Origin: an uncultured Armatimonadetes bacterium
Lineage (GTDB): Bacteria; Armatimonadota; UBA5829; DTJY01
Reading direction: 5' to 3'
DNA length: 64,000 nt
Assembly (NCBI GenBank): GCA_963717145.1
Contig: OY970325.1
Coordinates: 352,001 to 416,000 of the forward strand
Positions 19,399 through 29,118 of this stretch are shown one piece after another. The notes below the pieces were generated by a model that saw only the letters and a list, made by a program, of their open reading frames with translations, did not search any database and was not told where the DNA came from. The translations under genes were made by a program, and so were the position numbers. Positions within the stretch are counted from its first letter, which is position 1. Every line of letters starts with the position of its first letter.

Positions 19399-20649
19399 AT
19401 GTCTCAATATGCCATCCTGATCCTCGTGATTCTGCTCATCGTGTCCATCCCCTCGAGCGCCGAAGTCCCGCCGGTGGGGGAGAAGGGCGTTTACAGCGTC
19501 ACCAAGTTCGGCGCGAAGGGCGACGGAGCGACCGATGATACAGCCGCGTTCCAGAAGGCGCTCGACGCCGCTTCGAAGGACGGCGGCGGGATCGTCTTCG
19601 TCCCGACCGGCAACTACATGATCAAGACGCACCTCAGCGTCCCGGATCACGTCACGCTCCAGGGCGTCTTCACCGCTCCTCCCACAGGCGCGCAGATGAA
19701 GGGCAGCACGCTCCTCGCGGTCGAGGGCAAAGGCAACCCGGACGGCACACCATTCATCTTCCTGCACACGAACTCGACGCTCAAGGGCCTGACCATCTTC
19801 TACCCCGAGCAGGACAAGGCGAAGATCGTCCCGTATCCCTGGTGCATCCGAGGCCAGGGCGACGACTGCGCGGTCAGGGAGTGCCTGCTCGTGAACCCCT
19901 GGATGGCGATCGACTTCGGCACGCATCCCTGCGGCCGGCACTTCATCCGAGAGGTCTGGGCCCATCCGCTCCACAAGGGCATCTTCGTCGATCAGTGCTA
20001 CGACATCGGGCGCATCGAGGACGTCCACCTCTGGCCGTTCTGGAAGGCCGACGGTGAGATGCAGGAGTTCCTCACCAAGCAGGCGACCGCGTTCATCTTC
20101 GGCCGCACCGACTGGGAGTACGTCAACAACTGCTTCGCCATCTGGTACAAGGTCGGCTTCCAGTTCGGCGACTTCGGCCACGGCCCGGGGAACGTGGTCA
20201 TCAACACTTCCGGCGGGGATATCTGCCCGACCGCCGTATTGGTGGAGAACACCCAGGGCCATGCGGGCGTCGTGTTCACGAACTGCCAGTTCATGGCCGG
20301 CATCGAGGTCAAGGAGACGAACACCGGCCCGGTGAAGTTCTCCAACTGCGGCTTCTGGGCGATCCCGACCACGACCACTCAGGCGGACATCAAGGGCAGC
20401 GGGCACGTCTTCTTCAACCAGTGCCACTTCGCCTCGTGGGACCAGGCGGGGAAGGGGAGTCCCGCGATCCTGGCGAACGGGAACGGCCTGACGGTGAACG
20501 GCTGCGACTTCATGGAGCCGAAGAAGGCGATCGTCCTCGGCCCGGACTCGAAGGCGACGATCATCATGGGCACTCGCTTCCGTGGCGGGATGAAGATCGA
20601 GAACAACTCGAAGGGCAAGGTCGAGATGGGACTCAACGTGGAGGAGTAG
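19399..20649 (+). CDS. Secreted pectate lyase 3 / GH28-related beta-helix protein
   Basis: Signal peptide; VTKFGAKGDGATDDTAAFQKALD..GGIVFVPTGNY. Confidence 0.85.
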   Translation: MSQYAILILVILLIVSIPSSAEVPPVGEKGVYSVTKFGAKGDGATDDTAAFQKALDAASKDGGGIVFVPTGNYMIKTHLSVPDHVTLQGVFTAPPTGAQMKGSTLLAVEGKGNPDGTPFIFLHTNSTLKGLTIFYPEQDKAKIVPYPWCIRGQGDDCAVRECLLVNPWMAIDFGTHPCGRHFIREVWAHPLHKGIFVDQCYDIGRIEDVHLWPFWKADGEMQEFLTKQATAFIFGRTDWEYVNNCFAIWYKVGFQFGDFGHGPGNVVINTSGGDICPTAVLVENTQGHAGVVFTNCQFMAGIEVKETNTGPVKFSNCGFWAIPTTTTQADIKGSGHVFFNQCHFASWDQAGKGSPAILANGNGLTVNGCDFMEPKKAIVLGPDSKATIIMGTRFRGGMKIENNSKGKVEMGLNVEE

Positions 20650-20705
20650 GCATAGGTTGTGGGTGTTGGGTGTTAGGTGTTAGGTGTTGGGGAAACTCCA
20701 AACCA

Positions 20706-21173
20706 TCACTTGCGCTCGGACAGCTCGCGGGCGGCCTCGCGTTCTGCGTCACGCCCGGCGATGGCCTCGCGCTTGTCGTAGAGCTTCTTGCCCTTCGCGA
20801 CGCCGATCTCCATCTTGGCGAACCCTCGCAGGAAGAAGATCTTCAGGGGGATCAGGGTCAGGCCCTTCTGCTCGGTGACCGCGCGGAGCTTCTCGATCTC
20901 GCTCTTGCGGAGGAGGAGTTGGCGGGGGCGCTTCGGCTCGAGGTTGAACCGGCTGCCGAACTCGTAGGGCGCGACGTACATGTTGTGCACCCACATCTGC
21001 CCGTCATCGACGCGCGCATAGGCGTCCTGCAGGCTGACCTTGCCCGCGCGGATGCTCTTCACTTCCGTCCCGGCAAGCTCGATCCCCGCGACGTAGGTCT
21101 CCTCGATGAAGTACTCGTGCCACGCCTTGCGGTTGACGGCGATGTTTCTCGGACCCTTCTCCTTCTCTGGCAT
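20706..21173 (-). CDS. smpB: SsrA-binding protein
   Basis: NRKAWHEYFI, AGIELAGTEVKS, LIPL, GKKLYDKR. Confidence 0.98.
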   Translation of the reverse strand: MPEKEKGPRNIAVNRKAWHEYFIEETYVAGIELAGTEVKSIRAGKVSLQDAYARVDDGQMWVHNMYVAPYEFGSRFNLEPKRPRQLLLRKSEIEKLRAVTEQKGLTLIPLKIFFLRGFAKMEIGVAKGKKLYDKREAIAGRDAEREAARELSERK

Positions 21174-21242
21174 GGCTATATTATACCAGATAGTCGGCCC
21201 TCGGCGCACGGGGGGATGACTCCGGAGTGCATCTCCGCAGAG

Positions 21243-21369
21243 TGGGTTGGCCTCTCGTTATGCCACCAGAGTGGCTACTCGAGGAGATCGGTTGGGTTCT
21301 ATCCCGGGCAGACCACCCAACCGATCTCCTCGAGTAGCCACTCTGGTGGCATAACGAGAGGCCAACCCA
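21243..21369. repeat. 55-bp perfect inverted repeat (17-nt loop) abutting half of a family A element
   Basis: 21243-21297 is the reverse complement of 21315-21369. Confidence 0.92.
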
Positions 21370-21514
21370 GGCCGTCCTTCGTTACACGCCGTCATTCACC
21401 CGCGCACTCAGGACTGACGGTGGTGGTAGCGCACTCAGGACTAAGGGCGTGATCGGCCGCAAGGAAGGATTTCCCATCCATTTCCACTAACTATTCTTCA
21501 TCCTGCCTCTCTCG

Positions 21515-23506
21515 ATGGAGCCTGCACGCGGAATGCACCTGCTCAAGGAAACACTAAGCGATACCGAGCCCACCCCTGCGATCAAGCACGCAAAGGCCGT
21601 GACCTGGCGCTCGATCCTTCTCGGCGCGCTGCTCACCCCGATCAACGCCTACTGGGTCGTGCAGATGGAGGGCATCCGCTACTCAGCCCATCCCACGACG
21701 ATCTCGCTCCTGTTCAACGCCATCTTCATCATCCTGGTCATCAGCTTCCTGAACATGCGCCTCGCCCGACGCCGGCCCGGGTGGGCGCTCAGTCAGGGCG
21801 AGCTGATGGTCATATACATCATGGTCATGATCTCCTCGGCGGTCGCCGGGCACGACATGGTGCAGGTGCTCGTCCCGATGCTCTCCTGGCCGTTCCAGTT
21901 CCCCAACTACGCGAGCGGCTCGTTCGTCGACCGCCTGCCCAAGTGGCTGATGGTCTCCGATCCCGACGTCATCCGCGGGTACTATCAGGGGAACACCAAC
22001 CTCTACGACTGGAAGATACTGAGCGCGTGGATGAAGCCGGTCGCCATGTGGTCGGCATTCATCCTGGCGCTCCTCTTCGTGGGGCAGTGCATCAATGCCA
22101 TCCTCCGCAAGCAGTGGACCGAGCACGAGAAGCTCGCCTATCCCGTCGCGCAGGTGCCGCTGGAGATCACCGACGGCACGGATCAGGGCAAGGTGCCACG
22201 CATCTTCACCAACAAGCTGTTCTGGATCGCGTTCGCCGCCGCCGGCGCGATGGACATTATCAACGGCCTGAACCTCTATTACCCGAACCTGCCGAGGATC
22301 CTCGTCCCGGGCAACGGACTCGCGTTCATCGACATCGGCCCGCTCATCACGACCAAGCCATGGAACGCGATCGGCTGGACGCCGCTCTCGTGGTATCCGT
22401 TCATGATCGGATTCGGGATGCTCCTGCCGGTGGACCTGCTGTTCTCGTGCTGGTTCTTCTACATCTTCTGGAAGCTGGAGACGGTCGTGGCGGTCACGAT
22501 GGCCTTCGACATCGACCCGCGCATTCCATACGTGAGCAGCCAGGCGTTCGGCGCGTATGTGGCATTCTTCCTGTTCAGCATGTGGCTCAGCCGGAAGTAC
22601 CTCGCGGACGTGTGGCGATGCGCGCTCGGCATGTCATCGAGCCTCGACGATGCGAACGAGCCGATCCGGTACCGCTGGGCGCTGCTGGGGATCGTCGCCG
22701 GCACGGGCTTCCTCGTGTGGTTCTGCACGCTCGTCGGCCTCAGCCCCATGGTCGGCGTGCTCTTCATGGCGATCTACTTCGTCCTCGCGGTCTCGATCAC
22801 GAGGATGCGCGCGGAACTCGGGTCGCCGGTGCATGACCTCCATTTCACCGGGCCGGACTGGATCCTGGCCGATACGCTCGGGCAGCGGACCTTCGGGTCG
22901 CCGAACCTCATCGGCTTCTCGATCCTCTACTGGTTCAACCGCGCCTACCGATGCCACTCGATGCCGATGCAGTTGGAGGGATTCAAGCTGGCGGAGAGGA
23001 CCAAATCGAGCCAGCGGGCGTGGTTCTGGGGGATGATCCTGGCGGGAGTGATCGCGACTGGGGCGGCGTTCTGGGCGATGCTGCATCTCAACTACCAGTT
23101 CGGCGCGGTGGCGAAGGCGCGGAGTCACTTCGGGCCTGAGGCGTATGATCGGCTCGCCGGGTGGATGGTCGCGCCGAAGGGCCCGAACTCGCTCTCGACC
23201 ATCGCGGTATTCGTCGGACTCGGCGCGGCGTTCTTCCTGCAGTTCATGCGCACGCGCCTGCCCTGGTGGCCGTTCCATCCGCTGGGATTCGCGGTGGCCT
23301 CGGGGTGGGAGATGAACCTGGTGTGGATGCCGCTCCTCATCGCCTGGCTGCTCAAGCTGTTGCTTTTGCGATACGGCGGCCTCAAGGGCTTCCGCAACTC
23401 GCTCCCGTTCTTCTACGGCCTGATCCTCGGTCAGTTTGTTGTCGGCAGCCTGTTGAACATCATCGGCGTGATCCTGAATGTCCCGACCTATCAGTTCTGG
23501 CAGTAG
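21515..23506 (+). CDS. Polytopic membrane protein, DUF6785/DUF6784-like (putative transporter)
   Basis: Many TM segments; RKQW...EKLAYP, RMRAELG, WWPFHPLG, RYGG. Confidence 0.75.
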   Translation: MEPARGMHLLKETLSDTEPTPAIKHAKAVTWRSILLGALLTPINAYWVVQMEGIRYSAHPTTISLLFNAIFIILVISFLNMRLARRRPGWALSQGELMVIYIMVMISSAVAGHDMVQVLVPMLSWPFQFPNYASGSFVDRLPKWLMVSDPDVIRGYYQGNTNLYDWKILSAWMKPVAMWSAFILALLFVGQCINAILRKQWTEHEKLAYPVAQVPLEITDGTDQGKVPRIFTNKLFWIAFAAAGAMDIINGLNLYYPNLPRILVPGNGLAFIDIGPLITTKPWNAIGWTPLSWYPFMIGFGMLLPVDLLFSCWFFYIFWKLETVVAVTMAFDIDPRIPYVSSQAFGAYVAFFLFSMWLSRKYLADVWRCALGMSSSLDDANEPIRYRWALLGIVAGTGFLVWFCTLVGLSPMVGVLFMAIYFVLAVSITRMRAELGSPVHDLHFTGPDWILADTLGQRTFGSPNLIGFSILYWFNRAYRCHSMPMQLEGFKLAERTKSSQRAWFWGMILAGVIATGAAFWAMLHLNYQFGAVAKARSHFGPEAYDRLAGWMVAPKGPNSLSTIAVFVGLGAAFFLQFMRTRLPWWPFHPLGFAVASGWEMNLVWMPLLIAWLLKLLLLRYGGLKGFRNSLPFFYGLILGQFVVGSLLNIIGVILNVPTYQFWQ

Positions 23507-23512
23507 GGCGCA

Positions 23513-23607
23513 CATGTAGTGGCCGTGCCTCCGTGCCGGCCATCCGGGGGTGCCTCCGTGCCGGCTTCACCCCCGGATGGCCGGCACGGAGGCACGGCCA
23601 CTACATG
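23513..23607. repeat. REP-like palindrome, family B (40-bp perfect arms)
   Basis: catgtagtggccgtgcctccgtgccggcc...; second copy at 42990-43064. Confidence 0.92.
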
Positions 23608-23611
23608 ATGT

Positions 23612-23640
23612 TTGACCCCGTTCCGCCGAGTTCCTATAAT
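23612..23640 (+). promoter_or_regulatory. Sigma70-type promoter, probably giving a leaderless mRNA
   Basis: TTGACC-17 bp-TATAAT; ATG follows 7 nt later. Confidence 0.65.
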
Positions 23641-23647
23641 GGACCTA

Positions 23648-24316
23648 ATGGCGAATCCCTTTGAAGGAATACGCGCGGTGCTGTTCGACATGGACGGCAC
23701 GCTGGTTGAAACGGAGATAGACTTCGCCCTGATGAAGCGGGAGATGCTCTCACTCGGTGAGCGGCACGGCATCCCCGCCTCCGAACTGCAGGGGCTCGAT
23801 ATCCTGGCGGTCGTGGACGCCGTCGTCGCCCGGCTCGAACCGGATGAGGCCTCTCGAACCAGGCAGGAGGCGTTCGAGATACTCGAGCAGATCGAGCTGG
23901 CAGAGATCGACGCGGTGCACATCATCCCAGGCGCTCTCGAAGTCCTGCGCGCACTTCGAGACGCAGGTATCAAGATCGGCATCGTCACCCGCAACTGCCG
24001 GAACGCCGTGGAGCTATCACTCGAACACACGGGGGTCTTCTATGATGTCCTTCTCACGCGAGATGACGTCCGGAACACCAAGCCCCATCCCGACCATCTG
24101 TTACAGGCACTTGATGTCCTCGGCGTGGGGCCGGACGAGGCGCTCATGGTCGGCGATCACTGGATGGACATCCAAGCGGGCAGGGCGGCGGGCACGCGCA
24201 GCATCGGCTTCCTGCGCCCGGACCGACCGGAGGGTTTCTTCGACGTCTGCGCACCCGACCTCGTCATCCGCGACCTTCGGGAACTTGTGCCGGATGCGGA
24301 GCGTTTGAAGAAGTAG
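23648..24316 (+). CDS. HAD-superfamily phosphatase
   Basis: FDMDGTL, KPHPD, MVGDHWMDI. Confidence 0.92.
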   Translation: MANPFEGIRAVLFDMDGTLVETEIDFALMKREMLSLGERHGIPASELQGLDILAVVDAVVARLEPDEASRTRQEAFEILEQIELAEIDAVHIIPGALEVLRALRDAGIKIGIVTRNCRNAVELSLEHTGVFYDVLLTRDDVRNTKPHPDHLLQALDVLGVGPDEALMVGDHWMDIQAGRAAGTRSIGFLRPDRPEGFFDVCAPDLVIRDLRELVPDAERLKK

Positions 24317-24325
24317 CGGTGTCCT

Positions 24326-25204
24326 ATGGTCCTGTCGATCATCATTGTGAACTGGAACACGCAAGACTACCTGCGCCGATGCCTCGCCTCGATCCGGGCG
24401 AATCCGGCCCGGGTCCAGTGCGAGGTGATCGTGATCGATAACGCGTCACCCGATGAGAGCGCGGACATGGTGCGTGCCGAGTTCCGTGAGGCGCGTCTGA
24501 TCGCCAATGACGAGAACGTCGGATATGCGGCGGGCAACAATCAGGGGATGGAGGTCGCTCAGGGACGCTACCTCCTGCTGCTGAATCCGGATGTCGAGGT
24601 GAAGCCGGGCGCGCTCGGTGCGCTCGTGGAGTTCGCAGAGAGTCACCCGGATGTGGCGGCCGTCGGATGTCGACTGGTAGGCTTGGATGGAAAGGTCCAG
24701 CGGTCGCTGCGCAGTTTCCCCGAGCCGTGGGGCGTCCTTTGTGAGTACACCAAGTTGAGCAAGCTCTTCCCCAGGAGCCGCCGATTGGCGAGCTACAGGA
24801 TGACCTGGTTCGACTACGACCGTGAGATGGAGGTCGATCAGCCGATGGGCTCGTGCCTGCTCATGTCCAGGAAAGCTATCGACGAGATTGGTATGTTTGC
24901 AGAAGAATTCCCAATATTCTTTAACGAAGTTGACTGGCTCTACCGTGCAAAGCAGAGGGGCTGGAAGGTTTACTTCACGCCGGCCGCTGAGATGATCCAC
25001 GCCGGGGGTGCGAGCACTCGCCAGCGGAGACCCGAGATGGTAGCGGAATCACATCGCTCGATGAAGCTCTTCTACGACAAGCACTACCGGGGGCACATCG
25101 CCGCCCCGGTGTACTGGTTTATCATCGCTGCCATCAGCATCAACTCGGTGCTGGCATCGTGGCAGGCGTCTCTCAGATCGAAAGGTCAATCTCATGGAGC
25201 ATAG
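24326..25204 (+). CDS. Glycosyltransferase family 2
   Basis: SIIIVNWN, IDNAS.D, GYAAGNN, LLNPD. Confidence 0.93.
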   Translation: MVLSIIIVNWNTQDYLRRCLASIRANPARVQCEVIVIDNASPDESADMVRAEFREARLIANDENVGYAAGNNQGMEVAQGRYLLLLNPDVEVKPGALGALVEFAESHPDVAAVGCRLVGLDGKVQRSLRSFPEPWGVLCEYTKLSKLFPRSRRLASYRMTWFDYDREMEVDQPMGSCLLMSRKAIDEIGMFAEEFPIFFNEVDWLYRAKQRGWKVYFTPAAEMIHAGGASTRQRRPEMVAESHRSMKLFYDKHYRGHIAAPVYWFIIAAISINSVLASWQASLRSKGQSHGA

Positions 25205-26081
25205 GCCGGACCTCTCGGTGGTCATCGTCAACTGGAACACCTGCGAGGAACTGAAGGGCTGTCTTGAGTCGGCGCTCGCAGAGGATCCCGGATCGGCGGA
25301 GATCATCGTCGTCGACAACGCATCCACCGACGGGAGCGTCGAGATGCTCCACGGCGAGTTTCCCAATGTGCGCCTGATCCGGAACACCGAGAACCTCGGG
25401 TTTGCGAGGGCCAGCAATCAGGGCATCAAGGCGAGCAATGGCCGATATGTGCTGCTCCTCAACCCCGACTGCATCGTCCATCAGGGCGCATTCACGGAGC
25501 TTGTCCGCTTCGGGGACGCCAATCCGGATGTTGGAATCTTCGGCCTCAGAATACTTAACCCGAACGGCTCGGTCTTCGAGTCATGCCGCCGATTCCCGAC
25601 GCTGGCGGCGGGCATATTCCGCAACGCGATCCTGGCAAGGCTCTTCCCGAACAACCCGTACACCCGCGAGTACCTGATCTCCGACTGGGACCACGATGCG
25701 CCCAGGGAGGTCGATTGGGTATCCGGCGCGGCCCTGGTGATGCGCCGAGAGATGCTCGACGATATCGGTCTGCTTGACGAGCGCTTCTTCATGTACTGCG
25801 AGGATGTGGACATTGCCTACCGCGCCAAGCAGAAGGGCTGGCGGGTGATGTACTGCCCCACAGCGACGGTCATGCATCTCAGGGCGCGGAGCAGCGATCA
25901 GAATCCCGTGCGGATGATCGTCGCGTTCCATCGGAGCATGTACGCCTTCTTCAAGAAGCACTATTCGGAGAAGTCGTCCATTCTGACGCGCGCGATCGTC
26001 CCCCTGGGGCTGATCTTTCGGACGTGCCTGCTCGTTACGCATAACACGCTGAGCAGGTTGCTCAGGAGGAGGCGCACCTAG
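25194..26081 (+). CDS. Glycosyltransferase family 2 (tandem paralog)
   Basis: VDNASTDGS, GFARASN, LLNPD, FMYCEDVD. Confidence 0.93.
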   Translation: MEHRPDLSVVIVNWNTCEELKGCLESALAEDPGSAEIIVVDNASTDGSVEMLHGEFPNVRLIRNTENLGFARASNQGIKASNGRYVLLLNPDCIVHQGAFTELVRFGDANPDVGIFGLRILNPNGSVFESCRRFPTLAAGIFRNAILARLFPNNPYTREYLISDWDHDAPREVDWVSGAALVMRREMLDDIGLLDERFFMYCEDVDIAYRAKQKGWRVMYCPTATVMHLRARSSDQNPVRMIVAFHRSMYAFFKKHYSEKSSILTRAIVPLGLIFRTCLLVTHNTLSRLLRRRRT

Positions 26082-26082
26082 A

Positions 26083-28149
26083 ATGCGACGCAGATCCGCA
26101 GATTCAGAAGCAGTACCTGAGCGTGATCGCCTGTTAAGCGTGCAGATCGGCCTGATCGTCGCTGCAGTTTTCCTCTCGCCGTTGGTCGCAGCCGGTCTAT
26201 CGCACAGTCACGTTCCCGAGATCTGCATGCAGGTGCTGATACTTCTCGCCGCCACCTTGTGGTTCCTCCGCACCAGGCGTCAGAGCTGGATCGAGATGCC
26301 CTCTCGGAGACTTGCCATGGTGACGGCTGCTCCGATCGTCGTCGGCTTGCTCTCGTTCATTGCGACGGTGAGCCTGCATTCGAGTCTGCTGGCTTACATC
26401 TCGCTCATCTGCTATGTGACCGTCTTCCTTATGGTTGGAAGTCTGAAGCGCTATCGGACGGCCGTCTACGGTCTGATCGGAGCGCTTCTCTTCTCGGCGA
26501 TCGCTGTGGGAGCGATCGGCCTGAAGGAACACATGCTCACGACGATTCCCGATTGGCGGGCATTCTCCACCTTCTTCAACCCCGATTTCCTGGCCGGCTT
26601 CATGGCGATCATCTTTCCCATCGCGCTGGCATGGTACCTTTCCGAGACCTCGTTCGGCATCTCGGTCGTCGGGGCGCTGGCTGTCGTGCTGTCGCTGGCG
26701 AACCTGCTCATGAGCGGATCGAGGTTCGGTGCGCTGGCGGCATCTGGTGGAGTGATCGTGTTCGTCGTACTCGCATTTGCGTCGAGGTCGGTACGACGCC
26801 CGCAGTTGGTCAAAGCGGGGATCATCCTGGCGCCGTGCATCGTGACGGCGATCCTCCTTGGTGGGACGCTCTTCAACCGCGTCGCCTCTGTGAACGCGGA
26901 ATCCCATTCGGGCGACTTTCGTATCCATACGTGGGAAGGCGTCGCGCGCATGGTGCGTGATCATTCGCTCCTGGGCACGGGACTGGGCACGTTCGAAGTG
27001 GCTTATCCCAAGTACGCTCAGGTCGGGTGGACGAGGCTCGCGCATAACAGCTACCTCCAGTACGCGGCGGAGGGCGGAGTCCTCATGCCAATCGCCTTGG
27101 TGGTTCTCATCGGGATGGCGGTCATTCCCGCTGTGATCGGCCTGCGCAGACGTCGCGAAGCCGAGACCACCTGTCCTGATTGGATGCCGAGCCGATCGCT
27201 GATGGTCATTGGACTGCTCGCCGGCGTGGCGGCGTCATTGGCTCGGAACCTCATCGATTCAGACTGGTACGTGGCCGCGATCGGGACGACGTTCTGGATC
27301 GTGCTTGGGGCTGCGGTCGCGCTCTCTGACCGAGAGTCAGTTGAGTTCCCGATGCCGGTTTGGAAGCGTTGGTCGAAGATTGGGACATTCGGTCTCATCA
27401 TGTTGTGGCTGCTCTCGGTGCTCGCGTCCCAATGGTACTACGCCGGCGGATGGGCGCTCCTCGGCTCGGGCGAGCGCGAGGATGCCCTCAAGGCGTTTCG
27501 GCGCGCAATCCGATACGACCCGCTTGATGCGGATCTCCATCGCAAGATGGGCGGGGTTCTGCGACTGATCTCCGAGGATTCCGGCAACGATGCGTATCTG
27601 GGAGAGGCCGAGCGGGAGTTGAAGCGCGCGGCGGAACTGGAGCCGACCGCGCCGAAGACGTACTACCAGTTGGGCAAGCTCTATGCGGGCGGCTTCCATG
27701 ACGACGAGAGGGCCGTGCACGCATACAAGGCTGCACTCGATCGAGACCCTCATGCGCTGCAGGTCTTGACGGTGCTCGCCGAGACCTATGAGAATATGGG
27801 GCGGCCATCGGATGCCCTGGGCGTCTACCAGCGGATGGCGGTGCAGGAGGACTCGGTCTACGAGCGCGTGCGGGCGATCCCGGAGATCGTCGAGCCCGGC
27901 TACATCTTCGCCCGCGAGGCCCTCGGGCGCAATGCCGAGTGTCTTGGGGATAGGGCTGAGGCCGTCAGGCAGTATCGCCGGGCCCTCGACCGCATGATTC
28001 GCTATCGACGGTCTGTGGAGGACATGGGCCCGGTCATGGAGCAGATGGGTTCTCGGGACAGAGACCTGGAGGCGCGGATCGAGGCACTGAGGACGCTCGT
28101 CGAGTCACGACTGATTGCACTGGGCGCATCCTTTTCTTCTCCTCCTTGA
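26083..28149 (+). CDS. O-antigen ligase-family (Wzy_C) membrane protein with C-terminal TPRs
   Basis: STFFNPD, SGSR, LGTGLGTF, AHNSYLQ; TPR helices. Confidence 0.88.
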   Translation: MRRRSADSEAVPERDRLLSVQIGLIVAAVFLSPLVAAGLSHSHVPEICMQVLILLAATLWFLRTRRQSWIEMPSRRLAMVTAAPIVVGLLSFIATVSLHSSLLAYISLICYVTVFLMVGSLKRYRTAVYGLIGALLFSAIAVGAIGLKEHMLTTIPDWRAFSTFFNPDFLAGFMAIIFPIALAWYLSETSFGISVVGALAVVLSLANLLMSGSRFGALAASGGVIVFVVLAFASRSVRRPQLVKAGIILAPCIVTAILLGGTLFNRVASVNAESHSGDFRIHTWEGVARMVRDHSLLGTGLGTFEVAYPKYAQVGWTRLAHNSYLQYAAEGGVLMPIALVVLIGMAVIPAVIGLRRRREAETTCPDWMPSRSLMVIGLLAGVAASLARNLIDSDWYVAAIGTTFWIVLGAAVALSDRESVEFPMPVWKRWSKIGTFGLIMLWLLSVLASQWYYAGGWALLGSGEREDALKAFRRAIRYDPLDADLHRKMGGVLRLISEDSGNDAYLGEAERELKRAAELEPTAPKTYYQLGKLYAGGFHDDERAVHAYKAALDRDPHALQVLTVLAETYENMGRPSDALGVYQRMAVQEDSVYERVRAIPEIVEPGYIFAREALGRNAECLGDRAEAVRQYRRALDRMIRYRRSVEDMGPVMEQMGSRDRDLEARIEALRTLVESRLIALGASFSSPP

Positions 28150-28161
28150 TAGTGAACGGGA

Positions 28162-28303
28162 AACCCCCTCGGCCCAGAGGCGTCGAGAGACGCCGGAGGC
28201 CGTCCCCAGAGGGACGCAGAGGCCGGTCCCCCTTCGTAAGGGGGACATAGCCGTCTGCGCCCCTCCTTACGAAGGAGGGGCCGGCCAGCAGGCCGGGGGA
28301 GGT
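28162..28303. repeat. Composite palindromic element, family C
   Basis: Hairpins ccccttcgtaagggg and ccctccttacgaaggaggg; 32 bp identical (reverse complement) to 57918-57949 inside glpK. Confidence 0.85.
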
Positions 28304-28334
28304 TCGCTTGGCGATCTTGGCGTCTTGGCGGTTC

Positions 28335-28946
28335 CTACTTGCGGAGGTGGGTTGTCTGGTTGACCTGCTGGACCGTGATTCGGCCATCCTCGTCAACGTC
28401 CAGCACGTTGATCGCCGCGTTCTCCTGCTGGACCTGCTTGTACTCGTTGACGCTTCTGCCCATCACGCAGCAGAGGAGCATTCGGTTCGTGCTCTTGTGG
28501 GCAACGACCACGATCTCCCCGTGACGGTTCTCCTCCGCGATGCGCTTGAGCGCAGGATACGCCCGATCCCTCAGTTCGGCGAAGGTTTCCCCGCCGGGCG
28601 GACTCATCTCAAGCGGATTCGCTCGCCATTCCTTGTAGAACTCGGGACACTGAACCGGCGGCACGGCTTCGGGGATGCCCTCCCACTCACCGTAGTCTAG
28701 CTCGTTCAACTCCGTGACCTGGATCACCTGCAGTCCGAACCGATCGGCGATGGACTCGGCCGTTTGTCGGGCTCTCGTCAAGCCGCTCGAGTAGACCGCG
28801 CCGATCTTCTTATCAAGTAGCCAATCAGCGACGAGAGCCGCCTGGCGGAAGCCTTCATCGTTGAGCGGCATGTCGGTCGATCCTACGAATGCGGCAGCAC
28901 GGTTCGAGACCGTCTGGCCGTGTCGGATGAGATATATCCTGCCCAT
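28335..28946 (-). CDS. Histidine phosphatase (phosphoglycerate mutase/CobC family)
   Basis: LIRHGQT, RARQTA, ELDYGEWEG, VVAH. Confidence 0.92.
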   Translation of the reverse strand: MGRIYLIRHGQTVSNRAAAFVGSTDMPLNDEGFRQAALVADWLLDKKIGAVYSSGLTRARQTAESIADRFGLQVIQVTELNELDYGEWEGIPEAVPPVQCPEFYKEWRANPLEMSPPGGETFAELRDRAYPALKRIAEENRHGEIVVVAHKSTNRMLLCCVMGRSVNEYKQVQQENAAINVLDVDEDGRITVQQVNQTTHLRK

Positions 28947-28965
28947 TGTGTCTCCATATCAGCCG

Positions 28966-29034
28966 GTACGGGCGAAGCATTGGCTGCCGGTATCCATCAT
29001 AGTGGGCATTCGGTAGCCAGTGCTTCGCCCCTAC
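28966..29034. repeat. GTAG-type REP doublet
   Basis: gtacgggcgaagcattggct...agccagtgcttcgcccctac. Confidence 0.75.
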
Positions 29035-29118
29035 AGTAAACCTTAACATGCTCGGTCTGCTGAGGTCAACTCGGAGGAATTGCACCTGTCCTGCGCCGAA
29101 TACTACCAGGAGAACGCC

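Noticed and set aside
21200-21450. tmRNA (ssrA) next to smpB
   Set aside because: No tRNA-Ala-like GGGG...CCA ends or tag reading frame recognised; the region is explained by palindromes
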